Shown in pieces: positions 10,121 through 20,382 of a stretch of DNA of 64,000 nt. Under the pieces are notes generated by a model. That model did not search any database and had not been told where the DNA came from. It saw only the letters and a program-made list of their open reading frames with translations. The DNA is from Opitutaceae bacterium (lineage in GTDB: Bacteria > Verrucomicrobiota > Verrucomicrobiia > Opitutales > Coraliomargaritaceae). The DNA is taken from positions 192,001-256,000 of the forward strand of contig JBPOFY010000001.1 in assembly GCA_051252375.1 (NCBI GenBank), in the 5' to 3' direction. Each line of letters begins with the position of its first letter. The stretch's first letter is position 1. Made by a program: the position numbers and the translations under genes.

Positions 10121-10924
10121 ATGGACCGCGACGAAGCACAAAACATTCTCCAACTCTGCCGCCCCGATAACGAGGCCGACCGCCAAGACCCACTCATCGC
10201 GGAAGCCCTTGCCATGCTCGAAACCGACGCCGAACTGCGCACATGGTTTGAGGAGCAACAGGCCTTTGATGCCGACATCGCAGCACAGTTCGAAACCATC
10301 ACACCGCCTACCGACCTAAAAGCATCGATCCTAGCTGGCATGCGCGCTCACCAAGTCCATGCAGAACCCACAGCAGCAGCACCTGAAACGATCGTGCAGA
10401 CCTCGCAAGCATGGTGGCGCAACCCTTGGGTAGGCATCGCCGCACTCTTCGTCATCATGATGGTCATCATGAGCGCACCAGGCGGCAACCAAGACCAGCA
10501 ACTTGCGGTAAACAATCCCGCCCTCAGCGGTCTCCCGCCAGTCATCCCCTTTCTTTCCGATAAAATTGACGGCTTGAAAGCATGGCAGTTCGACAAGCGC
10601 AACAACGACGCGGCCCAACTGCAAACTTACCTAGCTAGCACCGGTTCACCCTCACCTAGCCTCTGCGACCAGCTCGCCAACACGCCGACCATCGGTTGCG
10701 TGACCTTCAACTACAATGGCACAAAACTCAGCATGATTTGCTTTAAGGATGGAGAGGTGTATCATCTCATAACCGCCGACAAGGCGAACTTCCCTGACAC
10801 ATTATCCGCTCAGCCCGAAGTCTTTGAGCTCAACGACAAAGCCTTTAAGATCTGGGTGGAAGATGATCAGGTCAACATCCTGACCATTCATGGAACGAAA
10901 AACGACATGCCTGAATTCATCTAA
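10121..10924 (+). CDS. Putative single-pass anti-sigma factor
   Basis: Starts 3 nt after the ECF stop; helical N-terminal domain, one TM (WVGIAALFVIMMVIM), extracytoplasmic C-terminal domain with three Cys. Confidence 0.65.
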   Translation: MDRDEAQNILQLCRPDNEADRQDPLIAEALAMLETDAELRTWFEEQQAFDADIAAQFETITPPTDLKASILAGMRAHQVHAEPTAAAPETIVQTSQAWWRNPWVGIAALFVIMMVIMSAPGGNQDQQLAVNNPALSGLPPVIPFLSDKIDGLKAWQFDKRNNDAAQLQTYLASTGSPSPSLCDQLANTPTIGCVTFNYNGTKLSMICFKDGEVYHLITADKANFPDTLSAQPEVFELNDKAFKIWVEDDQVNILTIHGTKNDMPEFI

Positions 10925-10939
10925 GCCAAACCATACCAT

Positions 10940-11533
10940 ATGAAAAAATTCCTCTCGATCACTGTAGCATTCGCCCTCACCGCGCTCACATCATTCGCCG
11001 ACCAAACAGCCAGCGCGAATGTCGAAACCTACAAAATCGATCAAGGTCACTCTTCCGTAAAATTTAGCATCCGCCACTTCGTAGCGAAGACGACCGGCAA
11101 CTTCGGTGAGTTCGAAGGCACCCTCAGCATCAACCGCGACGACCTCACTCAGAGCCGTATCGAAGCAACCATCAAAATTCCATCCGTCGACACCGATAGT
11201 GTAAAACGCGACGCGCACCTTCAAAAGGACGACTATTTCGATGCCGAAAAGCACCCCGTAATGGTGTTTAAATCCACCAAGTGGGCCGCCACGAAGAAAG
11301 AGAACCACTTCACGGTTATCGGTGACCTCACTATCCGTGATATAACAAAATCCGTCACCCTCGACGTCGAGCTACTCGGCTTCGGCGAAGGCATGCGCGG
11401 CGCCTATCTCTCCGGATGGGAAGCCACCACCACGCTCGATCGCACCGAATGGGGCATCACCGGCGGACAACCCGCCGTCGGCAACGAGGTAGATGTGACG
11501 ATCAATATCGAAGCGATTCGTCAGGAGCAGTAG
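10940..11533 (+). CDS. YceI-family periplasmic polyisoprenoid-binding protein
   Basis: Signal peptide; [21 protein letters not shown]...[20 protein letters not shown]. Confidence 0.93.
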   Translation: MKKFLSITVAFALTALTSFADQTASANVETYKIDQGHSSVKFSIRHFVAKTTGNFGEFEGTLSINRDDLTQSRIEATIKIPSVDTDSVKRDAHLQKDDYFDAEKHPVMVFKSTKWAATKKENHFTVIGDLTIRDITKSVTLDVELLGFGEGMRGAYLSGWEATTTLDRTEWGITGGQPAVGNEVDVTINIEAIRQEQ

Positions 11534-11598
11534 TTCGAAGAGACCGGCACCACTGTCCGTTTTTCCGATAATTTTGCGTGATTCACTTGCCAAAATGT

Positions 11599-11626
11599 GG
11601 AACCGAAATTGCTATCTTAGTTCAAA
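11599..11626 (+). promoter_or_regulatory. Candidate ECF (sigmaE-like) promoter GGAACCG-N16-TCAAA
   Basis: Resembles the GGAACTT-N16-TCAAA consensus; lies 24 nt before the zinc peptidase ATG, just downstream of an ECF operon. Confidence 0.4.
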
Positions 11627-11650
11627 GAACAACGAATCCAATTACACACC

Positions 11651-12310
11651 ATGACACTCATCTTTTTTATCCTTATACCCATCGCAGTCGGCCTCTGGGC
11701 CCAGATGAAAGTAAAGAGCGCCTACAATAAATACATTCAAGTGCCTTCCCGCGGTCGCATCACTGGCCGCGAAGCCGCCCGCGCCGTAATGGAAAGCGCC
11801 GGCATCTACGACGTCGAAATCGTCGCCTGCCACGGCACACTTACCGATCACTACGATCCGACTAATAAGCGCCTCGCCCTCAGCGAAGCCAACTATCGCG
11901 GCAGCAGCTTAGCCGCCCTCGGCGTCGCTGCCCACGAAGCAGGCCACGCCATCCAGCACAAACAGGAATACGCGCCGCTCAACCTGCGCATGTCACTCGT
12001 GCCCATCACCGGCTTTGCCTCACAATTTTTACCCGTCATCATGTTCGGCGGCTTCTTCTTCGGCTACGGTCCACTCACGATCAACCTCGGCATCATCATT
12101 TACTTGATCCTGACAATCTTCCAGCTCGTCACCCTGCCCGTCGAATTCGACGCCAGCAAGCGCGCTAAAGCTCAACTCGTCGGTCTCGGCATCGTCGATC
12201 AAGACGAACTCATCGGCGTCAACAAGACCCTCGACGCCGCTGCTTACACCTACGTCGCCGCCTTCGTCAGCAGCCTCGGCTGGTTGCTCTACTTCCTAGC
12301 GAAACGCTAA
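11651..12310 (+). CDS. YugP-like membrane zinc metallopeptidase
   Basis: GTLTDHYDP, AAHEAGHAIQH, VTLPVEFDASKRA, AAAYTYVA. Confidence 0.92.
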   Translation: MTLIFFILIPIAVGLWAQMKVKSAYNKYIQVPSRGRITGREAARAVMESAGIYDVEIVACHGTLTDHYDPTNKRLALSEANYRGSSLAALGVAAHEAGHAIQHKQEYAPLNLRMSLVPITGFASQFLPVIMFGGFFFGYGPLTINLGIIIYLILTIFQLVTLPVEFDASKRAKAQLVGLGIVDQDELIGVNKTLDAAAYTYVAAFVSSLGWLLYFLAKR

Positions 12311-12422
12311 GCCTTCTACAGGAATCTCAAATGCCTTCTGGTATTAAGGTGAACAGTAGCAATATTTAAGATCCGGTTTGAGATATACAAAACCTCTGCC
12401 ATGAGGTATAGTGCTCATATAT

Positions 12423-13655
12423 ATGTCGTTTCCCTATAAATCTTATACCCTAGTGTGCGCATTACTGCACTTACTCGTCAGCCCAGCGAATGCCCTGATT
12501 ATATATTCTGGCGATAACAGCGTAAATCAGACTGCCCCCGACATCGATCGCACTGACATATTTAACTCGGTAGGCAGAATAACCAATTCGACGGGTACCA
12601 GCACGAATGGGAGCTGTGTTCACATTAGAGGCAAGTATCTGCTCACGGCGGATCACGTCCCAATTAATAGCGGCAATTTCGTTACTTTTGACAGTATAAC
12701 TTTTTGGTTGATCGACAGCCTTTTTACACCTGTTCAAATTTCAGGAGCAGATCTGAAGTTATTCAAGTTGGTCGATAACCCCATGCTACCCGATACAGTA
12801 TTATTTTCAGCTCCAATAGGCGATTCTGCAACTATAGGTACCTTTATAGGATGGGGAAGAGGCAGAGATCCAAATGTAGCGGATCAAGGTAATGGATCCA
12901 CTAACATTTGGACGTGGATGAACAACGACTCAGAACTCGCGAAGAGGTGGGGAACTAACGCCATACTTACACCAGTACCCGCTCCATTAGGAAATTACAC
13001 ATACACCGCACTATCTTCAAACGCCTCTCCTAACGAAGGCCCCAATGAAGCATCATTTTCGTTAAAGGACTCAGGCGGAGGCGTTTTCATCAATGATAAC
13101 GGAACGTGGAAACTCGCCGGGATCGCATCCGCTGTCATCCTTGCAACAACCCAGAGAACGACCTTTTCTAACTCTGGAGACCAAACATTCTACGTGCGAA
13201 TCAGCACCTACGAATCTACCATTCAAGACGAAATCCCTGACACCAGCGTCTATGCAGACTGGAAAGTCGACCACAGCCTTTACGGTGCCGACGCGCTCGA
13301 TGACGCCGACACCGATGGCGACGGCATCGGTCAACTCCAGGAGTTTGCCTTCGGTGGCGACCCGAACGTCAACGACATCAGCATCCTACCCACCTTTGAG
13401 CTAGTTGAAGATGGCGGCAGCTCCTATCTAGAACTCTCAGTCACTCGCCCTATCGGGCTACAAGACATCACTTACACGCCCAAGACGACCACTGACCTAA
13501 GCAGCTGGCCGAGCGACTCCACTGGCATCGTCGATGACAACCCAACACCTGTCGACAATCTCGACGGCACCGAAACACTTACCTACCGCCGTAGTGGAGC
13601 AGTCGCCAGTGCTGATGCAGCCTTCATACGAGTCGACGTTTCAGAAACACCATAA
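12423..13655 (+). CDS. Secreted trypsin-like serine protease with acidic C-terminal module
   Basis: Signal peptide; triad-like motifs LTADH, DLKLFKL, KDSGGG; C-terminal [20 protein letters not shown]...TTDLSSW. Start could be 12411. Confidence 0.75.
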   Translation: MSFPYKSYTLVCALLHLLVSPANALIIYSGDNSVNQTAPDIDRTDIFNSVGRITNSTGTSTNGSCVHIRGKYLLTADHVPINSGNFVTFDSITFWLIDSLFTPVQISGADLKLFKLVDNPMLPDTVLFSAPIGDSATIGTFIGWGRGRDPNVADQGNGSTNIWTWMNNDSELAKRWGTNAILTPVPAPLGNYTYTALSSNASPNEGPNEASFSLKDSGGGVFINDNGTWKLAGIASAVILATTQRTTFSNSGDQTFYVRISTYESTIQDEIPDTSVYADWKVDHSLYGADALDDADTDGDGIGQLQEFAFGGDPNVNDISILPTFELVEDGGSSYLELSVTRPIGLQDITYTPKTTTDLSSWPSDSTGIVDDNPTPVDNLDGTETLTYRRSGAVASADAAFIRVDVSETP

Positions 13656-13701
13656 AGGCTTGACGGGGTAACACGGGGCAGCATTAACTTCGCGTTTTTT
13701 A

Positions 13702-13783
<82 letters not shown>

Positions 13784-13792
13784 TGAAAAACT

Positions 13793-13819
13793 AACCGCCA
13801 CTCGCTGGCGGTTTTTTTT
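13793..13819 (+). terminator. Intrinsic terminator after tRNA-Pro
   Basis: AACCGCCA-ctcgc-TGGCGGTT followed by a T-run. Confidence 0.85.
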
Positions 13820-13920
13820 ATGGGCGCTGGCAGACAGAGGTTTGAATCTGCGAACAAGCAGGTTTAACGAAGTATTGCAGCAACGAATGTTGCGTCTCGG
13901 CAATAAGTAGATGGCGAAGC

Positions 13921-13945
13921 AATCCTGTCGGCCCGACCATGAAAA
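13921..13945 (+). repeat. 25-bp direct repeat of the tRNA-Pro 3' end
   Basis: AATCCTGTCGGCCCGACCATGAAAA is identical to 13765-13789. Confidence 0.95.
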
Positions 13946-13957
13946 CACTTTTGAATG

Positions 13958-13988
13958 AGGTTCAGTCTTTGCGACTGGGCCTTTTTTG
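13958..13988 (+). terminator. Second intrinsic terminator after the tRNA 3'-end copy
   Basis: AGGTTCAGTC-tttgc-GACTGGGCCT followed by a T-run. Confidence 0.7.
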
Positions 13989-14053
13989 AGCACTGAGTCC
14001 GACAGACTATAGCGACTTCGTAATTGATGGCAAAATCTAGTCGATATGTATGC

Positions 14054-15379
14054 CTAGCCGACCTCTAACATACCGGACAGCGCAGTCGCAATCCCAAGAA
14101 AGGACATGAAACCTGCGATATCGGTAACAGTTGTTAGGATAATCGACGATGACAACGCGGGGTCTTGGCCGAGCTTCTTTAAAATGATAGGCACGAGCGC
14201 ACCAGAGGCGGCGGCAATTGTCATCGAAGAAATCATGGCGAGGGCAATAATCAGCGCGAGGCCGTAGCTCCGGCTCCACACATAGACGCCCAGCCCGCAG
14301 GTGACCGCGGTGGCTAGACCGTTGATGATGCCGGCACCGACTTCCTTCATGGTCACACGTAACCAATGACGCACGGTGATCTCGCGAAGCGTGAGGCCGC
14401 GCATAGTGACGGCGAGGGCTTGCGCACCGGTGTTTCCGGATTGTCCAGCAGCGATCGGCAACAGAATGGCCAAGGCAGTGTATTTCGCAATCGTGGCTTC
14501 AAACATACCCACCACGGCGGCGGCGAGAAAAGCAGTGAGCAAATTGATCTGCAACCATGGGAGTCGCTTCTTAACCGCAAACCAACTACTGGACAAAGCG
14601 CGCTCTTCCTTACTGACCCCGACCATGGTCTGCATGTTGGTCACTAGATCTTCCCGTAAGGCATCGATCATCGCTTGACCTTCGATAGTGCCGACAAGTT
14701 TGAAATCGATGTCGACTACAGGCAAAGAATCGAGCCGGTGCACCTTTAGTTTATCCACGGCTTCATCTTTCGGATCGAGCGCATTCACCCACACCTTGAT
14801 GGGAAGCGCCAACGATTGCAGCTTCCGATGGCCATCCGCAAGTGCGATACGCTGGATGTCGACCTGGCCAGTCAGACGCATAGAATCGTCGAGTAAATAA
14901 AGATGGTGAAGAGCTTCGATCTTCTGCTCCTTGATCTGCTTGATCGCATGATCGACAGTGATTTGCTCATCAAAAGCGATCACTTTAGTCTGCATTAAAC
15001 GCCCTGCGGAATCATCGGGATACTCCAATAATTCGGTCAGCTCTTCCGCAGCACCTTTGTCCATGAGCTGCAAATAGCTTGCACGCACCGAGGCATCGAG
15101 CCGGCTGAGCAGCAATGAAGCAACCCCGATATCCATCGCACTAATGAGTTCGGCAGATTTAAGCTCTGGAATATTCAATAGTATCCTATCGGCGACCCCA
15201 TGACTCAATTTCTCAAATAGTGGCACTAGAACATAATTCGGCAAGTCTACCAAGGCCTCCGCCGCTTCTGCCGCAGGCATGATCGCAATTCGTCGGGCAG
15301 CATCATTTGGAAAGTTTACGATGAATGTTTTATTCAGATCGTCGATGTGATCCAATGTTTCGGGAACAAGCTCAGTCAT
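14054..15379 (-). CDS. mgtE: Magnesium transporter MgtE
   Basis: YPDDSAGRLM, CBS pair, KRLPWL, GQSGNTGAQ, GQDPALSS, TTVTDIAG. Confidence 0.93.
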   Translation of the reverse strand: MTELVPETLDHIDDLNKTFIVNFPNDAARRIAIMPAAEAAEALVDLPNYVLVPLFEKLSHGVADRILLNIPELKSAELISAMDIGVASLLLSRLDASVRASYLQLMDKGAAEELTELLEYPDDSAGRLMQTKVIAFDEQITVDHAIKQIKEQKIEALHHLYLLDDSMRLTGQVDIQRIALADGHRKLQSLALPIKVWVNALDPKDEAVDKLKVHRLDSLPVVDIDFKLVGTIEGQAMIDALREDLVTNMQTMVGVSKEERALSSSWFAVKKRLPWLQINLLTAFLAAAVVGMFEATIAKYTALAILLPIAAGQSGNTGAQALAVTMRGLTLREITVRHWLRVTMKEVGAGIINGLATAVTCGLGVYVWSRSYGLALIIALAMISSMTIAAASGALVPIILKKLGQDPALSSSIILTTVTDIAGFMSFLGIATALSGMLEVG

Positions 15380-16232
15380 GCTTCACTCCTCCCATACTGT
15401 GAATATCGGAAACCGCCATCTCTCGCATTGAGAGAAAAAGCGCGAGTAATGATTGACCATACCCCTGAGCAATACCGGCAACGAGTTCTGGTTTTTCTTC
15501 ATGCGCGGTCAACTCATTCAGTGAGTCAATAGCCTTACGCAAATCACTATGGCGCAATACGCCGATAAACTCTCCGCCACGGTTCAACACCGGGACCATC
15601 TCGTGTCGCATCCATTCAGGATGCTTCACGATCTCCGTAATATCCGCTCTGCCTTGAACCGTTTTAAAGTTATCTTTTACCAGAGAGGAGATCGGAAAAT
15701 CATCTGAACAACGCAGCAATTCGACTAGACGGAAACGACCTTTCAATTTCCCCTCTGCGTCGAGCACGAACACAAAATCTGAAGGGACACTGTCTTGTGA
15801 CGATTTAATGATATGTAATGCCTCGCTAGCGGTGGAGTCATACCTGACCACGGCCACGGAATTCGTCAGGTGAGCTCCTACCATATCTTCAGCATATCCC
15901 AGCATCAAGACACAGCTCAATCGAGCTTTAATAGGGAGCTCTTTGATGTAGCGCTCTCTTCGTTTCGTGGTTAGGCATCGAAGGATGCCCACCATCTCTG
16001 CTGGCTTAAGGTGATGGAAAATCTCTAGCCCATACTCGAAAGGGATTTCTGCATAGATCGATGCGGCACTTTTCTTCAGCATTTCCACCAATACCGCAGC
16101 CGCATCCTTCGAGGGGATCTTTTGCAGAAAGGACGCAACCTCGCTCGCAGATTTTTGCTCTAGCATCTCTGCGGCAACGCGCGGATGCGATTCAAGAAAC
16201 GCCGCCGCGAGCTTGAGTTTATGTTCACTCAT
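15372..16232 (-). CDS. Soluble MgtE N-domain/CBS-pair protein
   Basis: MgtE-N-like helical repeats, YAEDMVG, two CBS domains, no transporter TM region; 8-nt overlaps with both neighbours. Confidence 0.75.
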   Translation of the reverse strand: MSEHKLKLAAAFLESHPRVAAEMLEQKSASEVASFLQKIPSKDAAAVLVEMLKKSAASIYAEIPFEYGLEIFHHLKPAEMVGILRCLTTKRRERYIKELPIKARLSCVLMLGYAEDMVGAHLTNSVAVVRYDSTASEALHIIKSSQDSVPSDFVFVLDAEGKLKGRFRLVELLRCSDDFPISSLVKDNFKTVQGRADITEIVKHPEWMRHEMVPVLNRGGEFIGVLRHSDLRKAIDSLNELTAHEEKPELVAGIAQGYGQSLLALFLSMREMAVSDIHSMGGVKHD

Positions 16233-17121
16233 GTCCGATTTCCTGGTTATCACTTTCAACGTGCGACACCTCCGCAGTCGGCTCGGGTGCTTTAGAAACG
16301 ACTGTCACCATTTCATGGAAGAGCTTCGCCGGGACAATCGCACGGCCTTCCGCAGTATCTAAAACGATACAAGTTTGACGTATTTCAAGAATCTCCCCCT
16401 CGTAACCAGCTAACTTTATTATCTCACCGACTCGACAATTACGACGGATGTATTGAGCCCCGACCGTATTGGCCACCATACCTTTTGCGCCGAGTCCAAA
16501 TGCGAGACATGCACCCGCCAACAGCACTCCAATGATGATAGTCACCATCCATGTTAAGAAATGCATATCGAGCCCGATGTGCTCGACGCCGATCACCGAT
16601 GCGATGATCAGAATTCCGATACGCGCAGTAGTTGCTAAGACTGCGGTTTGAGTCGCACCAATTTTTAAGTCCGTATTGACGATCAGCGATTGGGCGACGT
16701 TGCTGATAAAGTAGCCACAAAGAATAATGAACAAGCCTGCGAGTATTCTAGGCAAATAACCGATGATTGTATTCATCGAACCGGAGAACACGTTCCAACC
16801 TAGAAGATTGGCACTCGCCGCGACGAAGAACATCAGCACAAACCAGAAAACCACCTGACCAATGACTCGAGTGTAAGACTTCTTAAAGTGCTCATCCTTG
16901 GCGTGATGGTGCGCAAAGAGTTTACCGAAGATCGAATCAAACGCGTGAATAATCTTCTTCGAAGCGATCCGAGCGATATACGCAACCACCCAACCAACCA
17001 GTAAGAGTAAGACTGCACCAAGCAGCTGGGGCAAATAATCGGCCAAATTTTGCGACAACCCTGCAAAGGTATCATCCAACGCTGAATGCCATGTCGAGGT
17101 AGTTTGGAGTTCTTCAGCCAT
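16225..17121 (-). CDS. Small-conductance mechanosensitive channel family protein (TM_helix/MscS, CmpX-like)
   Basis: YLPQLLGAVLLLLVGW and YLPRILAGLFIILCG repeats; LAFGLGAK; VGEIIKL..YEGEILEI. Confidence 0.85.
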   Translation of the reverse strand: MAEELQTTSTWHSALDDTFAGLSQNLADYLPQLLGAVLLLLVGWVVAYIARIASKKIIHAFDSIFGKLFAHHHAKDEHFKKSYTRVIGQVVFWFVLMFFVAASANLLGWNVFSGSMNTIIGYLPRILAGLFIILCGYFISNVAQSLIVNTDLKIGATQTAVLATTARIGILIIASVIGVEHIGLDMHFLTWMVTIIIGVLLAGACLAFGLGAKGMVANTVGAQYIRRNCRVGEIIKLAGYEGEILEIRQTCIVLDTAEGRAIVPAKLFHEMVTVVSKAPEPTAEVSHVESDNQEIGHE

Positions 17122-17237
17122 AGGTGATCAATAAAACCGAGAACATAAAAACAGTCGATCTAATCTTTATAGGCAAAGTAGCATCGGTCCCCCTCGACGT
17201 GCCACTGAATCACACTCTAACTTTATTCAATGCTTCA

Positions 17238-17444
17238 CTAGCTTTTGAATACTTTCGGAAGATAGCGAAAGGAGAGCGCCCCCGATAACCAGCCGATAAA
17301 AAACACGACGAAGATCAATAAGGCCCGTGAAATCGACACCTCAAAAAAGAGGAATTTCACCTGAACCATGAGAGTATTTTGTAGGCAAAAGATAAGCCCA
17401 CACACGAGGACGACACACAGTAGAATGATTTTTACTTTATTCAT
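17238..17444 (-). CDS. LapA/DUF1049-family small membrane protein
   Basis: IFCLQNT..VQVKFLFF...ALLIFVVFFIGWL pattern. Confidence 0.75.
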   Translation of the reverse strand: MNKVKIILLCVVLVCGLIFCLQNTLMVQVKFLFFEVSISRALLIFVVFFIGWLSGALSFRYLPKVFKS

Positions 17445-18738
17445 TAGGTTCAGGGGTTTCTGGATTGGACGGCTCGTGACTCTTAGGCAGCACTTCGTCT
17501 GTCTTACGGATTTTTATGCGCTCCAGTTGATTGCGTTCCTTCTTGAGGATTTTGAACATCAAGTCCCCCACTTCGAGTATTTCTTCAACATCGGGGATTC
17601 TCTGGATTTTCGCCATTACATAGCCAGCTAGGGTCGTGGCATCATCATCAGATAAACCGAGCGCAAGCTCTCGATTCAAATCCCGGATGGAAATATCCCC
17701 GTCCACGTCGTAAGAGCCATCGCGACACTTTTTGACTCGGCGGCGGGTAGGCACATCGTGCTCGTCGTCGATTTCGCCAAGGATCTCTTCGATAATATCT
17801 TCTAGCGTGATGAGACCACTTACGCTGCCAAACTCGTCCACTACTAGTGCTATATGCCGACGATGCTCTTTAAACGCCTTAAGTTGGTTTTTCAATCGAG
17901 TCGTCTCTGGCACAAACCATGGCTCTCGTATGTGTTCCTTAAAATCGAGCTCTTGCAGGTTCCCTTTGTATTTCTCGGCCGCCTTGAACAAATCCTTCGT
18001 GTGGATGACTCCAATAACATGGTCTCTGGAACCCTCCCAGACTGGGATACGTGAGAGCGAACTATTCGCCACGAACGATACGATATTCTCAATCGAGTCG
18101 TTTACATCGATCATCACTATATCACTACGATGCACCATGATCTCTTCTACCGCAGTATCGCCCAAATTGAAGATGCCACTAAGCATATCCTTATCGTCGG
18201 TCAGCACATCGCCCTCTTCATGATACATATTCACTGCTCCGCGCAGGACATCGACTCCACTCATTTTCTCCTGAGGCATAAAAGAAAAGAGTGAAATAAA
18301 TCGGTTCACCACCAACTGCACCACCATCGTTATCGGCGAAAGCAATTTGACGATGATTACGAATAACGGCGCCACTGCCAGAGCGACCTGCTCTGAGTGG
18401 CGCACCGCGTAAGTCTTCGGCAGCACTTCGGCAAAGATGAGCACCAGCACTGTCATAATACCAGTCGCATAGACCACGCCACTGGGGCCAAAGTATTCAA
18501 GTGCGAGAGCCGTCCCTATGGCCGAGGCCGCGATATTGACGACATTGTTTCCGAGCAAGATCGCGCCGATAAGCCGCTCCTTGTCTTCACGTAACTTACT
18601 GACAATGATAGCTTTTCGGTTGCCAGTCATTTTAAGGCTATGGATTTTAGCGCTGGAAACACTGGTCAAACCAGTCTCAGAGCCAGAGAAAAAAGCTGAA
18701 ATAAAAATCAGCCCAAGGACTATTAGAAGAGGTATCAT
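17437..18738 (-). CDS. CNNM/HlyC-CorC family Mg/Co transporter (CorB-like)
   Basis: SAFFSGSETG, ILLGNNVVN, FAEVLPK, CBS pair, VVDEFG...GLITLEDIIEEILGEI, CorC domain. Confidence 0.93.
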   Translation of the reverse strand: MIPLLIVLGLIFISAFFSGSETGLTSVSSAKIHSLKMTGNRKAIIVSKLREDKERLIGAILLGNNVVNIAASAIGTALALEYFGPSGVVYATGIMTVLVLIFAEVLPKTYAVRHSEQVALAVAPLFVIIVKLLSPITMVVQLVVNRFISLFSFMPQEKMSGVDVLRGAVNMYHEEGDVLTDDKDMLSGIFNLGDTAVEEIMVHRSDIVMIDVNDSIENIVSFVANSSLSRIPVWEGSRDHVIGVIHTKDLFKAAEKYKGNLQELDFKEHIREPWFVPETTRLKNQLKAFKEHRRHIALVVDEFGSVSGLITLEDIIEEILGEIDDEHDVPTRRRVKKCRDGSYDVDGDISIRDLNRELALGLSDDDATTLAGYVMAKIQRIPDVEEILEVGDLMFKILKKERNQLERIKIRKTDEVLPKSHEPSNPETPEPNE

Positions 18739-18912
18739 AAGTTAAGGGCGCATATTTGGACGAAGCAAACGCTTCTAATACAGGAAACAGCTGATACCTA
18801 TGGCTGATATCCATAAAGTGCCATAGAAATCGCTTCGGCTTATTTAGGGATAGCAATCTGAATTTCTCCAAGACTTAGCCTTTCCGTCCGAGTCATTTTG
18901 ATCTTTAAGAGC

Positions 18913-20316
18913 ATGATGCCTCTGCAACTTGACAACGCCACCCCACTTTTTGAACGCCGCGGACTCATGCTCGACGTGAGCCGTAATCGCGTGCCGACGA
19001 TGGCTTGGCTAGAGACCTTGATCGATGCCCTTGCTGCGCTGTGCTATAACGAGCTGCAACTCTACACAGAGCATACCTTCGCCTACAAAGACCACCGGAC
19101 TGTTTGGCAAAACGCCTCCCCCTTCACCGCGGAAGAGATCCAGTCGATTGACCGCTATTGCCAAGCGCACGGGATCGAACTGGTTGCGAATCAGAATTCT
19201 TTCGGACACATGGAACGCTGGCTGCGGCATGCCGAATACGAGCATCTTGCCGAATGCCCGGATGGCTTCGAACATCCAATCAGCGGTTGGCGGCAATCCG
19301 GAAGCACTTTATATCCTGACAAGCAGAGCATTGAATTCTTGAACGGGCTTTACGCTGAACTGCTTCCTAATTTCAAGTCTTCCGTAATGAATGTCGGGGG
19401 CGATGAACCTTGGGAACTCGGCAAAGGACGCAGCGCAGATCGTGTCGAAGACGAAGGCAAGCATCGCGTGTATCTTGACTACATGAAACAAGTTTTTGCG
19501 TTAGCAGAAAAGCATGGTCGGCAAGCTCAGTTCTGGGCGGATATCATTCTCGAACGCCCAGACCTTGTTCCAGAATTACCGAAATCAGTCACTCCAGTCA
19601 TTTGGGGCTACGAGCCAGATTCGCCGTTTGATGAACAATGTAAAACAGTAGCAGAAGCTGGTTTCGCCAACAATTTCTACGTCGCTCCAGGCGCAGGCAA
19701 TTGGAATTCCTTTGGCGGACGCTTAGATGTAGCGCGCGCCAACATCGAGCTCGCCGCACGCGCAGGACATGCCAATCAAGCAAAAGGACTACTCCTAACT
19801 GCTTGGGGCGACAACGGGCACCATCAACCGTGGCCCACCCTCTTCCCTGCGCTCATTCTAGCTGCCTACGCGGCTCATGGGGAATCGATCGACGATGCCG
19901 CATTAGCCGAAAACATCGATCAGTTGTTCTACTCAAACCGCCCCAAGGGTCACGGCGCCGTGCTCTGCGCGCTTGGGCATATTGATAAATTACTGCCACA
20001 ACCAGCACCCCCTAGCAGCTTCCTGCACTCTGCGTTCTTCGCCAACGATCCCAAAATCGAGGAGCTTTCGGAGCTCACTTACTTGGCCGACGTCGAAGCC
20101 ACCCTCGATGCACTCAATTCGATTCACGCAACAGGCCTCGACCCTGAAATACTACTTGGTATCGACCTCAACCGATTTGCCGCTGAGCGGTGCATAGGAG
20201 ATACGACGACGCACTCGCGCAATGCCTTGAAAAAGCGTTTCACTCACCTCTGGCGCCAGCGTAGCCGAGAGGGAGGACTTGCCGAAAGCCTGAATGCGTT
20301 CAGCTACAAGTCCTAG
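18913..20316 (+). CDS. Glycoside hydrolase family 20 (beta-N-acetylhexosaminidase-like)
   Basis: RGLMLDVSR, NELQLYTE, NSFGHM, catalytic VGGDE, LLTAWGD. Confidence 0.88.
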   Translation: MMPLQLDNATPLFERRGLMLDVSRNRVPTMAWLETLIDALAALCYNELQLYTEHTFAYKDHRTVWQNASPFTAEEIQSIDRYCQAHGIELVANQNSFGHMERWLRHAEYEHLAECPDGFEHPISGWRQSGSTLYPDKQSIEFLNGLYAELLPNFKSSVMNVGGDEPWELGKGRSADRVEDEGKHRVYLDYMKQVFALAEKHGRQAQFWADIILERPDLVPELPKSVTPVIWGYEPDSPFDEQCKTVAEAGFANNFYVAPGAGNWNSFGGRLDVARANIELAARAGHANQAKGLLLTAWGDNGHHQPWPTLFPALILAAYAAHGESIDDAALAENIDQLFYSNRPKGHGAVLCALGHIDKLLPQPAPPSSFLHSAFFANDPKIEELSELTYLADVEATLDALNSIHATGLDPEILLGIDLNRFAAERCIGDTTTHSRNALKKRFTHLWRQRSREGGLAESLNAFSYKS

Positions 20317-20382
20317 CCAATCAATCGCAACAAAGTCCATTGCATCCTGTCAGAATATTGGTCAACTAGACGACGCTTCCAC

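Noticed and set aside
13946..18900. Intact integrative element or prophage at tRNA-Pro
   Set aside because: No integrase, no phage genes and no distal copy of the att-like repeat found.
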